From NCBI RefSeq assembly GCF_009914755.1, contig NC_060926.1: a stretch of 64,000 bases of DNA; one strand, 5' to 3'. Position 1 is the first letter of the stretch. The number at the start of each line of letters is the position of its first letter. Source of the DNA: the human T2T-CHM13v2.0 reference genome, Homo sapiens. This document shows positions 1-14,061 of this stretch, piece by piece. Under the pieces are notes generated by a model. That model ran no database searches, was not told the DNA's origin, and saw nothing but the letters and a program-made list of their open reading frames with translations. A program made the position numbers and the translations under genes.

Positions 1-318
1 GCTATCCTCCTATCCTAGGCACTTCCACAGACCTTTCCCAGCCTAAATTTTCACATCCGTGATATTCAGATCACATTTCTTCCTACTCTAAGGTTAGAGT
101 GAGGATTAAAACAGGAAATGCTGGTAGGGACTTGGCAGAATGCTGGGCCCTAACACATCATAGGCCATTAAAGAACATTGGCTGGGCTGTTTGTTGCCAG
201 CGAGGGGGTTGTTTGGGACCCAGAGAGCTGCCTGGAGGACTTGATGAGCTCAGAAACTAGTCTGTGATATGAGGCGGATTAAAATGATGGCTAAGGGAAG
301 GAATAAAGCATAGCCTAG

Positions 319-661
<343 letters not shown>

Positions 662-1114
662 GGCTAATTTGTTTTGTATGCTGGGGATGACATCTAGATG
701 AGCCTTTCATCAGGAAGAGTTTCTGCATTTTGAATGCTGTTCTAGAGTCAGCTAGAGACAATCCCTGCAAAATAACTTATCTAAAAGCTCTTTCAAACTC
801 CTCCCCGGGCAGCCTCACTATGCTCACCAGAATGCTAGATGTGAATGTGCATTCGGTGAGTACTGGCTGGGCCTGAAACATCGTCTTGTGGGATTCTGGA
901 GACACCAAAACCCAAAGGACAATTTAAAGAGCAAAGAGCCATTGCTACCTTCAATGTTTTGAAGCCTCTGCCACCCTCAATGATCTTGGCAACCCTATTT
1001 GCTTCAAGAGGAAAACAAATAACCAAAATAAACCCAAATGCTAGGAGAACAAGAAACTGTTAGATAAATGTGTCTCACAGATCATGGGAAAGCCCCTTTG
1101 GATGAGTGTGGCTT

Positions 1115-1250
1115 TGTTTTGTTGGTTTCAAATCTCAGCCATTTGCTAGCTGTGTGATTTGAGCAAGTGGTCTGCACTTCCTGAACTTCATGTGTACAAT
1201 AAGGCTGAACATACCCTCACTTACACTTTCAATCTGCAGATCAAATGGAA
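1115..1250 (+). mobile_element. MIR fragment
   Basis: ttcaaatctcagccatttgctagctgtgtgatttgagcaagt resembles the MIR core. Confidence 0.6.
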
Positions 1251-2799
1251 GGTTCAGTCCCCCCCACCCCCATCTAGTAAATACTCCAGGGCTTGCCGGT
1301 TTTCTTTTGCTTTTCTCTTTTCTTCTCCCCTTTCCTTGAAGATTGGTCAGGAGGAAGGATTTTGTTTTCCAGAAAGGGTTGCAATTGAATTCTGAGCCCA
1401 CCTCACCTAAGGCTAGCCTTAAAGTTATTTAAATGCAGAAAATTAACATATTTTTTGATTAACTTAACCAACTTTTATAACATACCTGAAAAGAAGAAGG
1501 CCCAATACAAAGGGCCAGCTTTGAAGGCATCTTCTGAATGCCACTGAATGTGGTCTTGCTGGATCTGTGAGAGAAGTTCAAAGAAATGAGTATTTTTGTA
1601 TGGAAAGTGACCTGACCTAGCCTATTTAAAGTTCAAAAGCTAAGTGTGTCAGGAGGACAGATTGCAGGGGCTGTCAGAACGCCCGGGCAGCCACAACTCC
1701 ACAACTCCTCACGGAAGCACACCTCAGGTGGTTCAGGGATTGGGAGGGAGGCAGAACCATGTTTGGGGCAGACAGGTGAGCTGTGTAAATTCCAGAGCTT
1801 ATCATGGACTGTAAGGCACGGGTTCTCAGCCTTGTGGATTTCAGAGCAGAAAAATGTGCCGAAGAAGCCGGAGGACAGACATAAAGTTGACAACTCCGCC
1901 TTTTGCCAAATAAGAGAATTAAGAAACAAGCTGACCCCTTTTCATAAAAGAAAAAACTTTCAATACCGAAAAGCAGAAGGTTACAGTCTTGAAGGACTGG
2001 AGTTTAAATGGACCAAAATCACTTTGTGAAAAACTCACTCGATTGTTTCTTGCATTTCATTGAACCCCACATCAACTCCACCATGAGTGGCAGCGCCTGG
2101 AGCCACAGTTAGGAGGTTGCTTTCCTCTGCTTTTCTCTTTAAGCTATTCTTGGAAGGGCAGCCAGGCTTGGCCCAGTGAACCCTAATAACAGCTTTTTGG
2201 TTTGTGGATCCCCAGTTCTGTCTCCAGTTCCTTTCTTTGCTCTGGTTCAATACTCTTGGAGAAGAGGGAATGACCATCTCAGCACAACCTGGGCTGAAGG
2301 TTTTCCCAGAGACTCTCAGTGCTAATGCCAGGACACGGTCACCTTCAATTTTTCTCATTTTTAGATAAAGCCCTGAAAATCAGAGAGGTGGGATGATTTG
2401 CTGGAGACGGCACCACCCTGGATGGCCAGATGTGGCATCGAAAACACAATCTCCATACACTTGGTTTGATGTTTTGTCCATCCCAGCAGTTGGACTTTCC
2501 ACGGACGTTTTTCTGTGTCATTTATGAGCCAGCTATCATGAGATGGCCGCATGCATCAGCAACTCACTTGTTTCTAAAATGAACTCACACTCAAGTTCAC
2601 ATAAACTGTTAAGCCCTACATCCAGATAAATATTTTTGAAAAGCTGTACCCTTCTTCATCTGAGTATATCCTGGTTTTTATTATTAACATTAGAGGTTTC
2701 AAGGGTTTTCTTAGACACCCCGTCACCTGGCAGTGGAATGTCCTGGAGTAAAGCAGTATGGCCATTGGAATTGGACCCACTTTTAATGCATGATCTTTA

Positions 2800-4850
2800 A
2801 CCTCAAATGGGCATGGATAGTGACCCAGCATTTGCCAGGGCCATTCACTCTCCTCTACTAGACAACTGTTTCATACCCCTCCCGCAGATTTGAACATCCT
2901 CCTCCATCCTCCACATCAGCAACCAATGATTTCATTTCCTTGTTGGCTGGGAAAAGTGACGCAGCCATGAAAACCTCTCACCAGCTCTCATGGCCCATCT
3001 CTCTTCCCTGCCAGGATGTGGATCCTGTTCTTGCAGATAAAAAAGGGCCCACCTTTTACCTGTCTCAGGTGCACCCCTCCTCTGGACCCACCCATCCCTT
3101 GGTACCCATCCCAGGACATTGCTGCAGACACTTCTCTCATTTCCTGATCATAAACTTTTTCATCTCCATTGGAGCATTCTCATCAACCCACAAACATCCT
3201 GTTCCTTCTGCTCTCTTCAATAAATAATTAAACAATAATAACAACAAGAAAATCATGTTATTTACCCTATTTTCCCTTGAACTACAATCCCATTTAGTTT
3301 TACCTTTAAAACAAAACTCCTGAAAAGAGTTGTCTCAATTTACCTTCTCTAGTTCTTCTCTCCTGTTTCCTTTTAAACCTGCTCCCATCAGAGCATCATC
3401 CTACGACTGCCTGAAGCTCCTCCAAAGTCACAGTGGCCTCTCACTGCTGAGTCCAAGGGTGGGCTCACCAGCTACATCCTGAGCTTCAGCAGCACTGCCT
3501 GGCCCAACCGGCTACTCCTGCCCCCAGGAAAGCTCTTCACCTGGCTTTCCGGGCACCATGTTCCTCTGGTTTTGCCTCTAAGTCAGTGGATGCTTTTCTT
3601 AGCATCCTGTGTTGGCTTCTCTCATCTTCTCAACCATTTAGCATTGGAGTGACCCAAAGTTCAACTTTGAACATCTTCTCTTTTACCTGGCTTGTTCTCC
3701 TGATGACCTCATCTGTCTCTACTTGTTTAAATACCTTCAGTCTGCTGACAACACCCAACTTTCCGTCTCCAGCCCCAGTCTCACCCCCAAAATCCAGTTT
3801 CGTATGTTCATTGGCCTAGTAGATATTCTCCCTTGAATTTCTAAGAAACATCTACTTAGCGTGAGCAAAGCTAAATTCCTTGTTTCCCACTCATGGGCCT
3901 TTATCTTCTGTGGTCTTCCCCATTTCACTGGTGACAACTGTTGCATCTGAGCCATGCAATGCCCTGCAGCCTTGATCTCTCTATGCCCTGTTGCATCTGA
4001 GCCATGCAATGCCCTGCAGCCCTGCTCTCTCTGTGTGCTGTTGCATCTGAGCCGTGCAATGCCCTGAGGCCCTGATCTCTCTGTGCCCTGTTGCATCTGA
4101 GCCATGCAATGCCCTGCAGCCCTGCTCTCTCTGTGCGCTGTTGCATCTGAGCCATGCAATGCCCTGGGGCCCTGATCTCTCTGTGTGCTGTTGCATCTGA
4201 GCCATGCAATGCCCTGCAGCCCTGCTCTCTCTGTGCGCTGTTGCATCTGAGCCATGCAATGCCCTGGGGCCCTGATCTCTCTGTGCCCTGTTGCATCTGA
4301 GCCATGTCATGCCCTGCAGCCCTGATCTCTCTGTGCCTCACTGCATCTGAGCCATGCAATGCCCTGCAGCCCCTAGTCTCCCTGTGCTCCTTGCATCTCT
4401 CACACCACATCTTAAGATGCCACCCTTTCTCCATCTGCCCTGGACTCTCTGGCCTTCTTGCTGTGTGCTCTTTGCACCTGTTGGCCACAGTATACCTCAG
4501 GGCCTTTACTTCTCTCTCCCTTCTGCCTAGGACTCATTCCCCAGGTGCCCTGTTATCCTACCCCTTTCCTTCAAGTCTGGTGAAATATTTCCTCCTGAGG
4601 GAGACCCCACCCACCCTATGAAGCTGTGGCACTCCCCAGCCCATCCCCTGCTCCCTTTGCCTGCCTTCTTTTCAGCAGTGCTTTCTAACCCTCATTTACT
4701 ATATCCTTTCCTTGCTTATTCTCTCCTCCCCACGAGTTTGTAAACTCATGTCTGTATGTATTTCCAGTGCCCTCTTGACTTCCCTAACCCCAGAGCCTAG
4801 AACAGGGACTGACACAGTATTTCTCAGTTAATATTTGTTGGGTGAACTCA
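2800..4850 (+). mobile_element. L2 LINE fragment (3' part), interrupted by a minisatellite
   Basis: Pyrimidine-rich L2-like blocks, cctcagggccttt...ctgcctagga at ~4495-4530, and an L2 3' terminus cccagagcctagaacagg...aatatttgttg at ~4790-4845. Confidence 0.7.
3938..4400. repeat. 50-bp minisatellite/VNTR, ~9.2 copies
   Basis: ttgcatctga recurs at 3941, 3991, 4041, 4091, 4141, 4191, 4241 and 4291, with variants at 4341 and 4391. Unit is approximately ttgcatctgagccatgcaatgccctgcagccctgatctctctgtgccctg. Confidence 0.97.
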
Positions 4851-5864
4851 TTTCCGAGGAATCTGAAAGCATTCAGTGGTGAGCTGCTAGGACCAAAGGT
4901 CTGAAACACTGATGAAGCCCAGGCACTGCATTTGCGGAAGGTTTTCCAACAGAATCACAGCATTGGTCTGGTCTCAGAGAAGCAAAATGGGCTAGAGCTG
5001 AACTCCCAGCAGGAGAAAGGTCTTCTTCGGCCCTCCTTCCTGTGCTCCAGGAGAAGTCATAGTAACTTGTTCAGGTGAGAGGCTGAAGTTTCCTTCTTTG
5101 CTGAGTTCAGCGGCAGGCTTCTACAATGAAACCGCCAGCAGTGGCCTATCCCGGGTCCTGGACATTTTCTGAGAATAGTCCCATGCTTGGATGGTGGAGT
5201 CAGGGCAGGGTACGTCTGTCCTGCTGAGCTGCCACATTCATAATGCAGAGCCTTTGGCTTTCGGCCGGCGGTTGGCACCTGCCCCAGTTTGCTTGTCAGA
5301 CGGTGCTGCCCATCTCTGGCTCAGGGACTTCTTTCACTCTCTTAATTTCCCAACCCATTTGTCACTTTTTGCCTGGGGCAACCCTGTCCCCCAAACAGAG
5401 TTTGAAATTGCTCTACAAATGAAATGTTAGCTTAGGCTCCCAATGTTGGCTGCCAGGCTTATCACCCAACATTCTGTACACTTAAGATTTAGAAATTTTT
5501 GCCACAAGGAAAGGCCATTTTGAGAAGATTTTTTTTAACTCCTTGACATTTTAAGATCATTTTTTTAAAATTGCAGAAAATTTGATAAAAATAGCAGTCA
5601 TTTTCACAAAGTGACGAAATGGGAACCTAAAATTAATTGAATGGAGAAGCAGTTCTCCCCATCTACTCCCCACAACCCACACTCGCAGCAGAGATGCCAG
5701 CATGCCTTTCACAAGAGCTACTGCTAACCTTTGAGTCAAATATTCTCGAACATGCCCACAGGTTCTTCTGCTCAACACTAACTTACCATTTTAAGAAAGC
5801 CACTAGGGGCGAGGTCAGATAGACTTTATTTTATTGGCAATATGGGAGAGTAGGTAAGCATACA

Positions 5865-6055
5865 GTGTGGTCACTTGATTCCAACCCTGGCTTTTCCATT
5901 TGCTTGTACTTGAACTTCAGGCAAGCTATGTGACATCCTCAAGCCTTTACCCAGCTGTAGAATGGAAATAACATTACACATTTCGTGAAGTGATTGTGAT
6001 ACTTCAATGAAGTAAAACTTGCCTAGTGCCATTTTGAAGTACTTGTTCAATGGAT
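5865..6055 (+). mobile_element. MIR
   Basis: caggcaagctatgtgacatcctcaagcc...ctgtagaatggaaataac matches MIR core layout. Confidence 0.6.
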
Positions 6056-6539
6056 AATTGTCTTTGACTCTCACGTCTGGTTTTAAATAGCAGCTTCCTT
6101 GAGCTCAGGTCTTGGTTTTGCAGAAAGGCTTCACTGAGACTGACAATCTTGCTGGGATTCTTGAAGCTACAATAATATCAAAGACAGAGCAATTAACTTC
6201 TATTTGTTGATTTGTTCACTCACCCTTTAAACATCAGGGACCTTCTATGTGCAAAGTCTTATGCTAGGTGCTACGGGGTTAGGACACATAACAGACTGGG
6301 GTTTTGCCCTCAAGAAGGATGTAACAGGTCCAGGAATATGGCATTCGGTAACTCAAGTTAAGAAGGGATTACATTTGCTGGGAAGATCAGGAAAGGTTGA
6401 TAAAGGTGGTAGCATCTCACCTGGGCCTTGAAGAAGGGCTAAAATTGGGAGATGTGACAGGGAAAGAGATTTCCAGTAGTGAAGACAGTGTTAGTACCTT
6501 AGTACGTTCAGGTCTGTATTGCTTTAAAATTTCAACAAC

Positions 6540-6920
6540 TTTTTTAATTATAGTAAAATGTACTCAACATGTAATTTACATATCTTAATCATTTCTAATT
6601 GTACTACTCAGTAGCAGTAAGTACAATCACATTGTTGTGGAACTGTCATCACCGTTTGTCTCTAGAACTCTTTTCAACATCCCCAACTGAACTCCGATCC
6701 CATTAAACAATAATTCCCCACCCCTGTCCCCTCAGTCCCTACCAACCACTATTCTACTTTCTGTCTTTATGACTTTGACTACTCTAGGTACCTCATATAA
6801 GTGTATTTATACAGTAGTTGTCTTTTTATAACTGACTTATTCTACTTAACATAACGTCTTCAAGGTAATCAGAATTTCTTTTCTTTTCATGGCTGAATAA
6901 TATGAATAGACCACATTTGG
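6540..6920 (-). mobile_element. L1MB-type LINE 3' end fragment
   Basis: aagtacaatcacattgttgt..., ccaccattctactttctgtct..., actctaggtacctcatataagt are L1MB 3' UTR motifs (antisense). Confidence 0.8.
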
Positions 6921-7009
6921 TAAATCAGGGGTCCTCGTGCGATTTCTGTCACCTTTTGGTAATGGAATAATGTCCATCTCAACATAATTTTTGTGGTGAT
7001 TCCTTCATT

Positions 7010-7150
7010 TGATCTACTAGAACATAACGTCCAGGAGGGCACGGGTGTTTGACAGTTTTGTCCGGCCCCGTACTCCTAGAGCTCAGAATGGTGGCTGGCA
7101 CACAGTAGGCACTCAATGCATATTTATTGAAGGAACATTTGTTGAATAAA
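7010..7150 (+). mobile_element. L2 3' terminus
   Basis: ggctggcacacagtaggcactcaatgcatatttattgaa is an L2a-like end. Confidence 0.75.
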
Positions 7151-8459
7151 TGGATTTAGCCCTTCAAATAATCCTGTAAGGCAGTCGGCAGAGACATTAT
7201 TATGCCCTTAGTAGAGGAGAAAACACACTCAGCAAAGTTAAGAAGATTGCTTGGGTCACATGGCCAGCAGGTGTCCAAGGGGCCATGAAACCTTTGTGCT
7301 GGGTCTCAGCTCCTCCCTGGTGCACAGCAGGGGCTGCGTGGGGCATCAGAAACAGCAGGGGCTCATTCATAAGCCCAGATGCTCTCCCCTGCTGGCTCTG
7401 TGACTTCCAACATGTTGCTTTACTTCTCTGAGATTTAATGTTTGCTTTATAAAATGCAGATTCTAATATAAATTTCCAGAATGTTTTGAGAAATAGAACA
7501 GGGTAAAGAATGTACCTGGTTTGTACTAGGCATTTATAATATAGGTAACTATTACCAGTATAGTCATTTTTCATAAAATAATTTTATTTAGGGAAGGCAG
7601 TTATTTTTATTTCAGCATGGTGTAATTGAAATAAAACCCAATAACTATTAGACAACCTACTTTTTCTCACCAGCTATTTCATTATCTTGTGTGTCCCCTT
7701 GAACAGGTGAACTAGACCCTTGGAGCCTCCATTTCCTCCTCTCTGAAATAGGAACAGGCACGCTTCCCTTGCCTGACTCACGGAGTCTCTGTGGGAATAA
7801 AGTCAGAGCATCATCTACATCGTCATGTGCTGCATGAAAACGTGGAGGCCATTGTTCTTACTCAATTAGTGGAAATGTAACTTATTTCCCAGACTATGGG
7901 GAACACATATTAAAAGAAAGAAGATTCTTCTGTGTTGCCTGCTATTGTTTTCCTGTGATCTGGCAGCTCAGTAGCTGGAATGAGAGCCCCAGGGTGAAGA
8001 AAAGCTACCAAGCTACCCAGTACCTTTCAAGTCCAGGCAGCTCATGCGTAGCCAGAACAATGTGCTGTTTGGGGAGGGAACACAAGGGCCTCCTTGCAGG
8101 ACAAAAATTCCTCCATGAATCTTACCCAGATGGAGTCTTCTTTATTAGGGCTGTTAAATGACAAAACCACCCTATCCCTGAACAGCAGCAACAATACAGC
8201 AATCTGGGGAAGGTGCTGTTTGGCTAGAGAGAAGGAAAGGGACATTAACACTCTATGTTGCCTCCAGGAAGCCCCATAAGAGCATCCAACAGAGAGCCCC
8301 TGGCTGCTGCACAGAGGAAGGGCGGAGGCGTTAGCGGGGGAGAACTTAGAGAGTCAGCAACAAAGCCCGGCTGGGAAGTCACGTTTCTTACACTCTAAAT
8401 TTCACCCTTGTGAAAACTGAATGTGTGGAATTGCTGCTTGCAGTAATGAAACAGAGCAT

Positions 8460-9188
8460 TTTTAAAATACTTTTTACAGCTTTAGGGGTTACAGGTGCTG
8501 TTGTGTTACATGGATATATTACATAGTGATAAAGTCCGGGCTTTTAGTGTAAGCATCACCTGAGAAGTGTGTGTTGTACCATTCGCTGATTTCTCACCCC
8601 TCCACCTTCCTGTTCTGTGTCTCCAGCATCTTTTATTTCACTCTTTAGGTCCACGTGTGTACATTCTTCAGCTCCCACTTATAAGTGACAACAAGAAGTA
8701 CTTGACTTTCTGTTCTTGTGTTGCTTCACTTAAGATGATGGCCTCCAGTTCCATCCATGTTGCTGCAAAAGCCATGATTTTGTTCTTTTTTATGCCTGTG
8801 TAGTATTCCATGGTCTACGTACACCACATTTGCTTCATCTAATCAGCCCTGATGGACACTTAGGTTGGTTCCATATTTTTGCCATTGTGAATAGTGCTGT
8901 GTTAAACATACAAGTACAGGTGTCTTTTCCATATGATTTATTTCTTTTGGGTAGATACTTGGTAGCGGAATTGCTGGATCGAATGGTAGTTCTATCTTTA
9001 GTTGTTTGAGAAACCTCCATACCATTTTCCATAGAGGTTGGACTAATTTTATGTTCCCACCAACAATGCAAAAGTGTTCTCTTTTCTCTGTATTCTTGCC
9101 AACATCTGCTGTTTTTTGACGTTTTAATAAGAGCTATTCTGACTGGTGTAAGATGCTATCTCATTGTGGTTTTAATTCACATTTCTCC
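8460..9188 (-). mobile_element. L1PB-type LINE 3' fragment
   Basis: gttacatggatatattacatagtg..., cagctcccacttataagtga, gatggacacttaggttggttccat, and ORF2 C-terminal remnants ([13 protein letters not shown] in ORF 8843-9025). Confidence 0.9.
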
Positions 9189-12100
9189 AAAAAAAGAGGA
9201 TTTATTAACAATTTTGGTTGCATCAGGAGGCCAGGGATTTGGTTTCATCAGGTACAAATGAGGGAAAAAGGGGCGTAAAGACCTGGCTCACACTCTGGTC
9301 AGCGCCGAGTGCAAAGCTATTGGAGAAGCTTGGGCCGGCAGACATGTTGCTCTCGGGTCCTCACTGGTTTTGTTTAGGCAGTGAGTCTCATGCCACCTAT
9401 GGAACTTTATTTTTCTTTAACAACCAGGAATCCTGGAGGTACATCTAGGTGAAGGAAGGAAATTATTCTGCAGGAAGAAATTCGAGTACTCTCCAGAGGA
9501 TGGGGCATTTGCTAAATATTTTGAAGCATGGCCAGGAGTTCACTGGCCAGAGAAAGGGAGACAAGACTGGAAGAGAGACTCACAGACCCATGGAGCCCAG
9601 GGAGGGCAGGAGGCCTGCTTTAGGGGAGGGTATTAGAGGAAGTGGCAGGGGTCTAACACAGACATTTCTACAGAGGACCAGATCATTTCTTGAAGTACCA
9701 ATTTTCACTTTGTTTTGTTGTCATAGAATTGTGTAACATAATGAGAGCAACTTTTTTCTTCTCCCCCCACCTTGCACCTGTTTCTTATAAAGACAAATAA
9801 GTGTTTGAATGAAAAAGGCCTTGGACAAAATAGAATTTTAACTCAAGGGGAGGGGTTCTGTGTGTCCAGAATCTTGTCCCTTCACAGCCTCGCAAGGAGG
9901 AGGCTGGACTGCAGAGAGGGCTGATACTGAGGAAGAGAAATTAAGGGAAACGAGACACTGGAGGTGGAGGGTGAGTCGTCCAGCCTCAGGCAAGCCCAGG
10001 GGCTGCCACCAGACAAAGGGGCAATGGAAAGGACGACCTGGCTCCAGGGGGCCAAGCAGGACTGGCGCTGGAGCACATTCACAGAGCCCACATCCCGGGG
10101 CGCACTGTTCAGCAAGGTGCTTAACCCCAGAATCTTCACAAAATCCTGGGTTGTGACCAGGAGCCCCATTAATTAGTGGGATGACCATTTCTGTTAGCCT
10201 GGCAGATGGGGACATCGAGCAGCTAAGCTTTTCTGTAGTGAGAACTGCACTGACTCCAGTGGCTGCCCCACAATGCTAATACATGGCTGGATACGTGCTG
10301 GGCGTATGCTTCCAAGCACTTGAGGTGCATATTGGTCCGCTCCATCCTCACAACAGCCCAAGAGGGAAGTATTCTTATTGCCCCACTCTCCAGGAGAGCT
10401 CACATTATTTTTCCAAGGCTGTATGGCTTCTAGGCAGCAGAACGGAGATTTGAAATCAGACAGTTTGGCTCAGAGTTCAACCTATAAACTCCAGTCTCAA
10501 AAAATAAATAAGGAAAGAAAAATCTGGGCCTTCTCTTGCAATTCATACTCTGCATGTTCTAAAGTGTCTGGTACTCATATAGGCAACGGGCAGCTACAGA
10601 AGGATTTTAAGTAGGAGAGTGACAGGATCAAGTATATGATGGACAAAGCAGAGAGAGGAAGAACTTTTCAAACACAGTTCAAGTTGTTGCCAGGTTCTAT
10701 ACAGAGAAGATGTCAGCTTGACATTGGCAGAAGGGATGTAGAGGAAAGAAAACATTCACGAGAACTTTCAAAGGTAGAAATCACTACACAGTAGAGGGAG
10801 ATGTACTGATGTCAAGTAATCGCATTCATTTATACGAGATTTTGAGTGCACTTAAAATATGGCTGACAAGGGTTTTAATTGGAGGCCTTGCAGAGTGCAT
10901 AGCGTTCTGTTCCTCACATACGTCCCTACAGAAGAAGAGAAAGAAAGCAGGAGTGGTTGCTGCCTTCCAAGAGTCTATCCTCCGCTACAGAGGCACCATG
11001 ATCAAACCACCCATTAACTTTTATGGCTCCTCACTCCTTGTTTCTGTTTCACTGTGTTTAACTGGCTGGTGTGGGAAGGGTTGGGGCTATAGGCACCACA
11101 TATGAAGGAGATAGAATCTTGATTCTGGCTGCCTAGTTTTTTTCAGGTGAACTGTGAGGGAGGAGAAAAAATATTTCAGCTAAAGTCTTATTTTAGTTGA
11201 GTGATTTATTTTTAGTGAATTATAAGATTTTACAAATTTTAGGACTCCATTTCATTTACATTTATACTGATAATTTCATTCATCCATCCACGCAACTATG
11301 GATTTGCGTGCCAAGCATTTACTGAGCACCTGCTTTATGCAGGCTATTGTTTGTGGCGTGAGTGAGGATATCTAAGACATTGTTTACCACAACACAGGAG
11401 AGAGAGATGCTTTCCAAAATCAGTGTTGGGGTGTGGAGGGAGTGGGGCTAACTGCTTTCCAAAATCAGGGTAGGGAGGTTAACTGAGATGGAGTCAGTGT
11501 CTGGGCTCAGCTACTGCTTTCCCCATTAACTAGCTGTGTGAACTCAGAGCCTTCAACCTCAGACTCAATTTCCTTACCTAGGAAATAAGAATATTGTTTT
11601 CAAGCTCACCATGAACTTGTCAAAGTTATAAGGTTCTCCATATACACAGACACCAGAAATTACAGCTTCCAGCTTTGGCAAAGATCCACCCTGCTCAGAA
11701 GTCACCACGGGTTCTTTTTCTTTCCTATTTTGATTAGTTGTTTAACAACTCTGCAGCCCTTCCCTCACAGCTGTACAGTGGGCTGGGCACTTATCTATGA
11801 AGCATTTGTTAAATAGCAGCTTGAAGTATCAACCTTGTACCTGCCACCTTGGAGCCCTGGTGATCAAAGACAAAGGAGGCAGCGGCCTCCATGCACAGGA
11901 CCAGAGTGAACGTCAGTGCTAGCCTGGCAACACGTGCAGACAGAGTCTGTTTCGTGTGTTCAGAAAAATGCAGGATCTTCTGGTCTCCGCTTCCCTGAAT
12001 TACCTGTTTGGGCTTCTCTTGCTGCTGGGCTCAGACCCGGGTCTCCTCTGTGCGCGTGCTCCGTCAGTGGTGGTGTCGCTGCCATGGGAAGCCGCCCTCA

Positions 12101-13775
12101 GTGATGGCTGTTTGTTCCTTCTTGCCGTGTGGGTTGCAGTTAGTACACCTTTCGGAAAGAGCCATAATCGGCTTGGAGCAGCTTGATGAAAGTCAGTCTC
12201 ACGGTTCTCAACACACACACACAATCAATCACTGCTCTCTTTCAAGACGGACTCCACCCGACTTATTAGCGCAGTGTGGGAAAGGCATGGAAGGCGCTTC
12301 CTGAGAAAGCATGTGAAGTTTATGTGCTTTCAGTGAAAGGGCCCCATAAAAACACAAGCTTAAGCAGCATGTACCAGAGGACCCTGTCTCCATTCAGCAA
12401 GGCCGTAAAATGCTGATACAAGAGAACACAGCTCTGTCGGCCTGAATCTGGCAATCATTTATATTTACAGTACCATATCTCTCCCTTTCTTTCATCCTTG
12501 ACTTAACAGTGTTTTCTTTTGGCTGTCAAAAGTAACTTTTAAGCCTTTAAATTAGAAATGGAAAGACCAGGAAAAAGATTGAAGAGACAACTAAAATCTT
12601 TTACAGCAAACTATAAAAAGACCATACAAAGCCTATATCCGCGACTTTTAAAGAAAATTTATTAATGGGTTTTAGGAGGAGAATCTGATTGAGATGTAAC
12701 ATCTTGTGTCTGAAGATGTTCTAGGATGAGAAAGCCCAGAGAGAAAATAAAAATCTTTTCATCCCAATCAACCACTCTAGAAATGAAAATGCTGAATAAT
12801 TTATATTAAGGACCCTTACTTTTACTCGCTAAAAAGATTTAACCTTCCTCCTCCAAAGGATAGAGACAATTTATGTGAAGTTGGCAAAGATAAAAATTAA
12901 CATAATGTTAAGATTTTATTTTTAATAACCTGCCACCCATATTCCCTTGGATCTGGCGCCGGTTTTGAGAGAGATTTGGCCAGAGCTGGCTGGGAAAGCT
13001 GTCCCAGGTAGGAGACAGAGTCAGGCAGGGAAGTTACATCCTATTACTGATGGTTTATGGAAGAAATTAAAACATAAACAGAAATGCATCTTAGCAATGT
13101 CTATGGCACGAGCTTCCCCAGCCACAAATTTTGTGCTACATATTAGTAATAAATGGTATTTAAGATGGTGATAAACGTACAACAGGGGTGCTATCAAAAA
13201 CAACTCTTTATTTCAAATAATACTTCCTTTTATTTCATGTTTCCTAAGTGTCTTGCTAAAGTGTTTTCTGGAAAATATCCTTTATCCCCAACGGCTTTGG
13301 GTTGAGATGTTTTGAATCTTCTTGTGGGGCACCCTGGAATGAGGAGCCCACACCAGCGTGCCCGGCTAGCCCACAGAGGGGTGCCATCGATTAATCAGCT
13401 GCATGAATGTGCAAAGTCATGATTCGGAAGAGCTGAATTCAAGCTGTGGCTCTCCAAAATACTTACTTAGCACTGTGGAACCTGGGCTAAGTTGACGAGC
13501 CTTTCTAATTCTCTTGAAGTTGGTGGGGTTAAGACAAGTTCCCTACCTAACAGAGTTCTTATGAGGTCCATGAGACAATGGACTGAAAGGGCAGTTGTGA
13601 ACTCACCTGTGGGCTGCTAGTTAGCAGATTCACTTCACAAATGTCTGTTGAGCTTTTGTCCTTCCAAGCATGCTTCTCAGGTCTGGTGATACTGTAGTGA
13701 GCAAAACATTTACAAATCCCTGTCTTTGTGGGGCTTAGTCCTAAGAGGAAGAACATACAGTAAACTAATAAATGA

Positions 13776-14061
13776 TTTTTTTTTTTTGAGACGGAGTTTG
13801 GCTCTTGTTGCCCAGCCTCGAGTGTGGTGGCACAATCTTGGCTCACTGCAACCTCTGTCTCCTGGGTTCAAGCATTTCTCCTGCCTTAGCCTCCTGAATA
13901 GCTGGGATTACAGACACCCACCACACTTGGCTGATTTTGTATTTTTAGTAGAGACGGGGTTTTTCCATGTTGGCCAGGCTGGTTTCGAACTCCTGACCTC
14001 AGGTAATCTGCTCACCTCAGCCTCCCAAAGTGTTGGGATTACAGGCATGAGCCACCGCCCC
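13776..14061 (-). mobile_element. AluS (Sq/Sp-like)
   Basis: T tail then gagacggagtttggctcttgttgccc..., ctcctgacctcagg, cccaaagtgttgggattacaggc. Confidence 0.92.

Noticed and set aside
3938-4400. CRISPR-like appearance (palindromic repeat at regular spacing)
   Set aside because: The intervening sequences are near-identical rather than unique spacers, there are no cas genes, and the DNA is primate.
3737-4488. Long repetitive ORFs (172, 187 and 109 aa) on the minus strand
   Set aside because: These arise from a stop-poor 50-bp repeat, with the same peptides rotating through all three frames. There is no coding context.
5799-5815. CTCF-like gccactaggggcga (also cccactagggcgtg at ~37654)
   Set aside because: Spacing is one or more bases short of the CCASYAGRKGGC core, so it cannot be supported without ChIP data.
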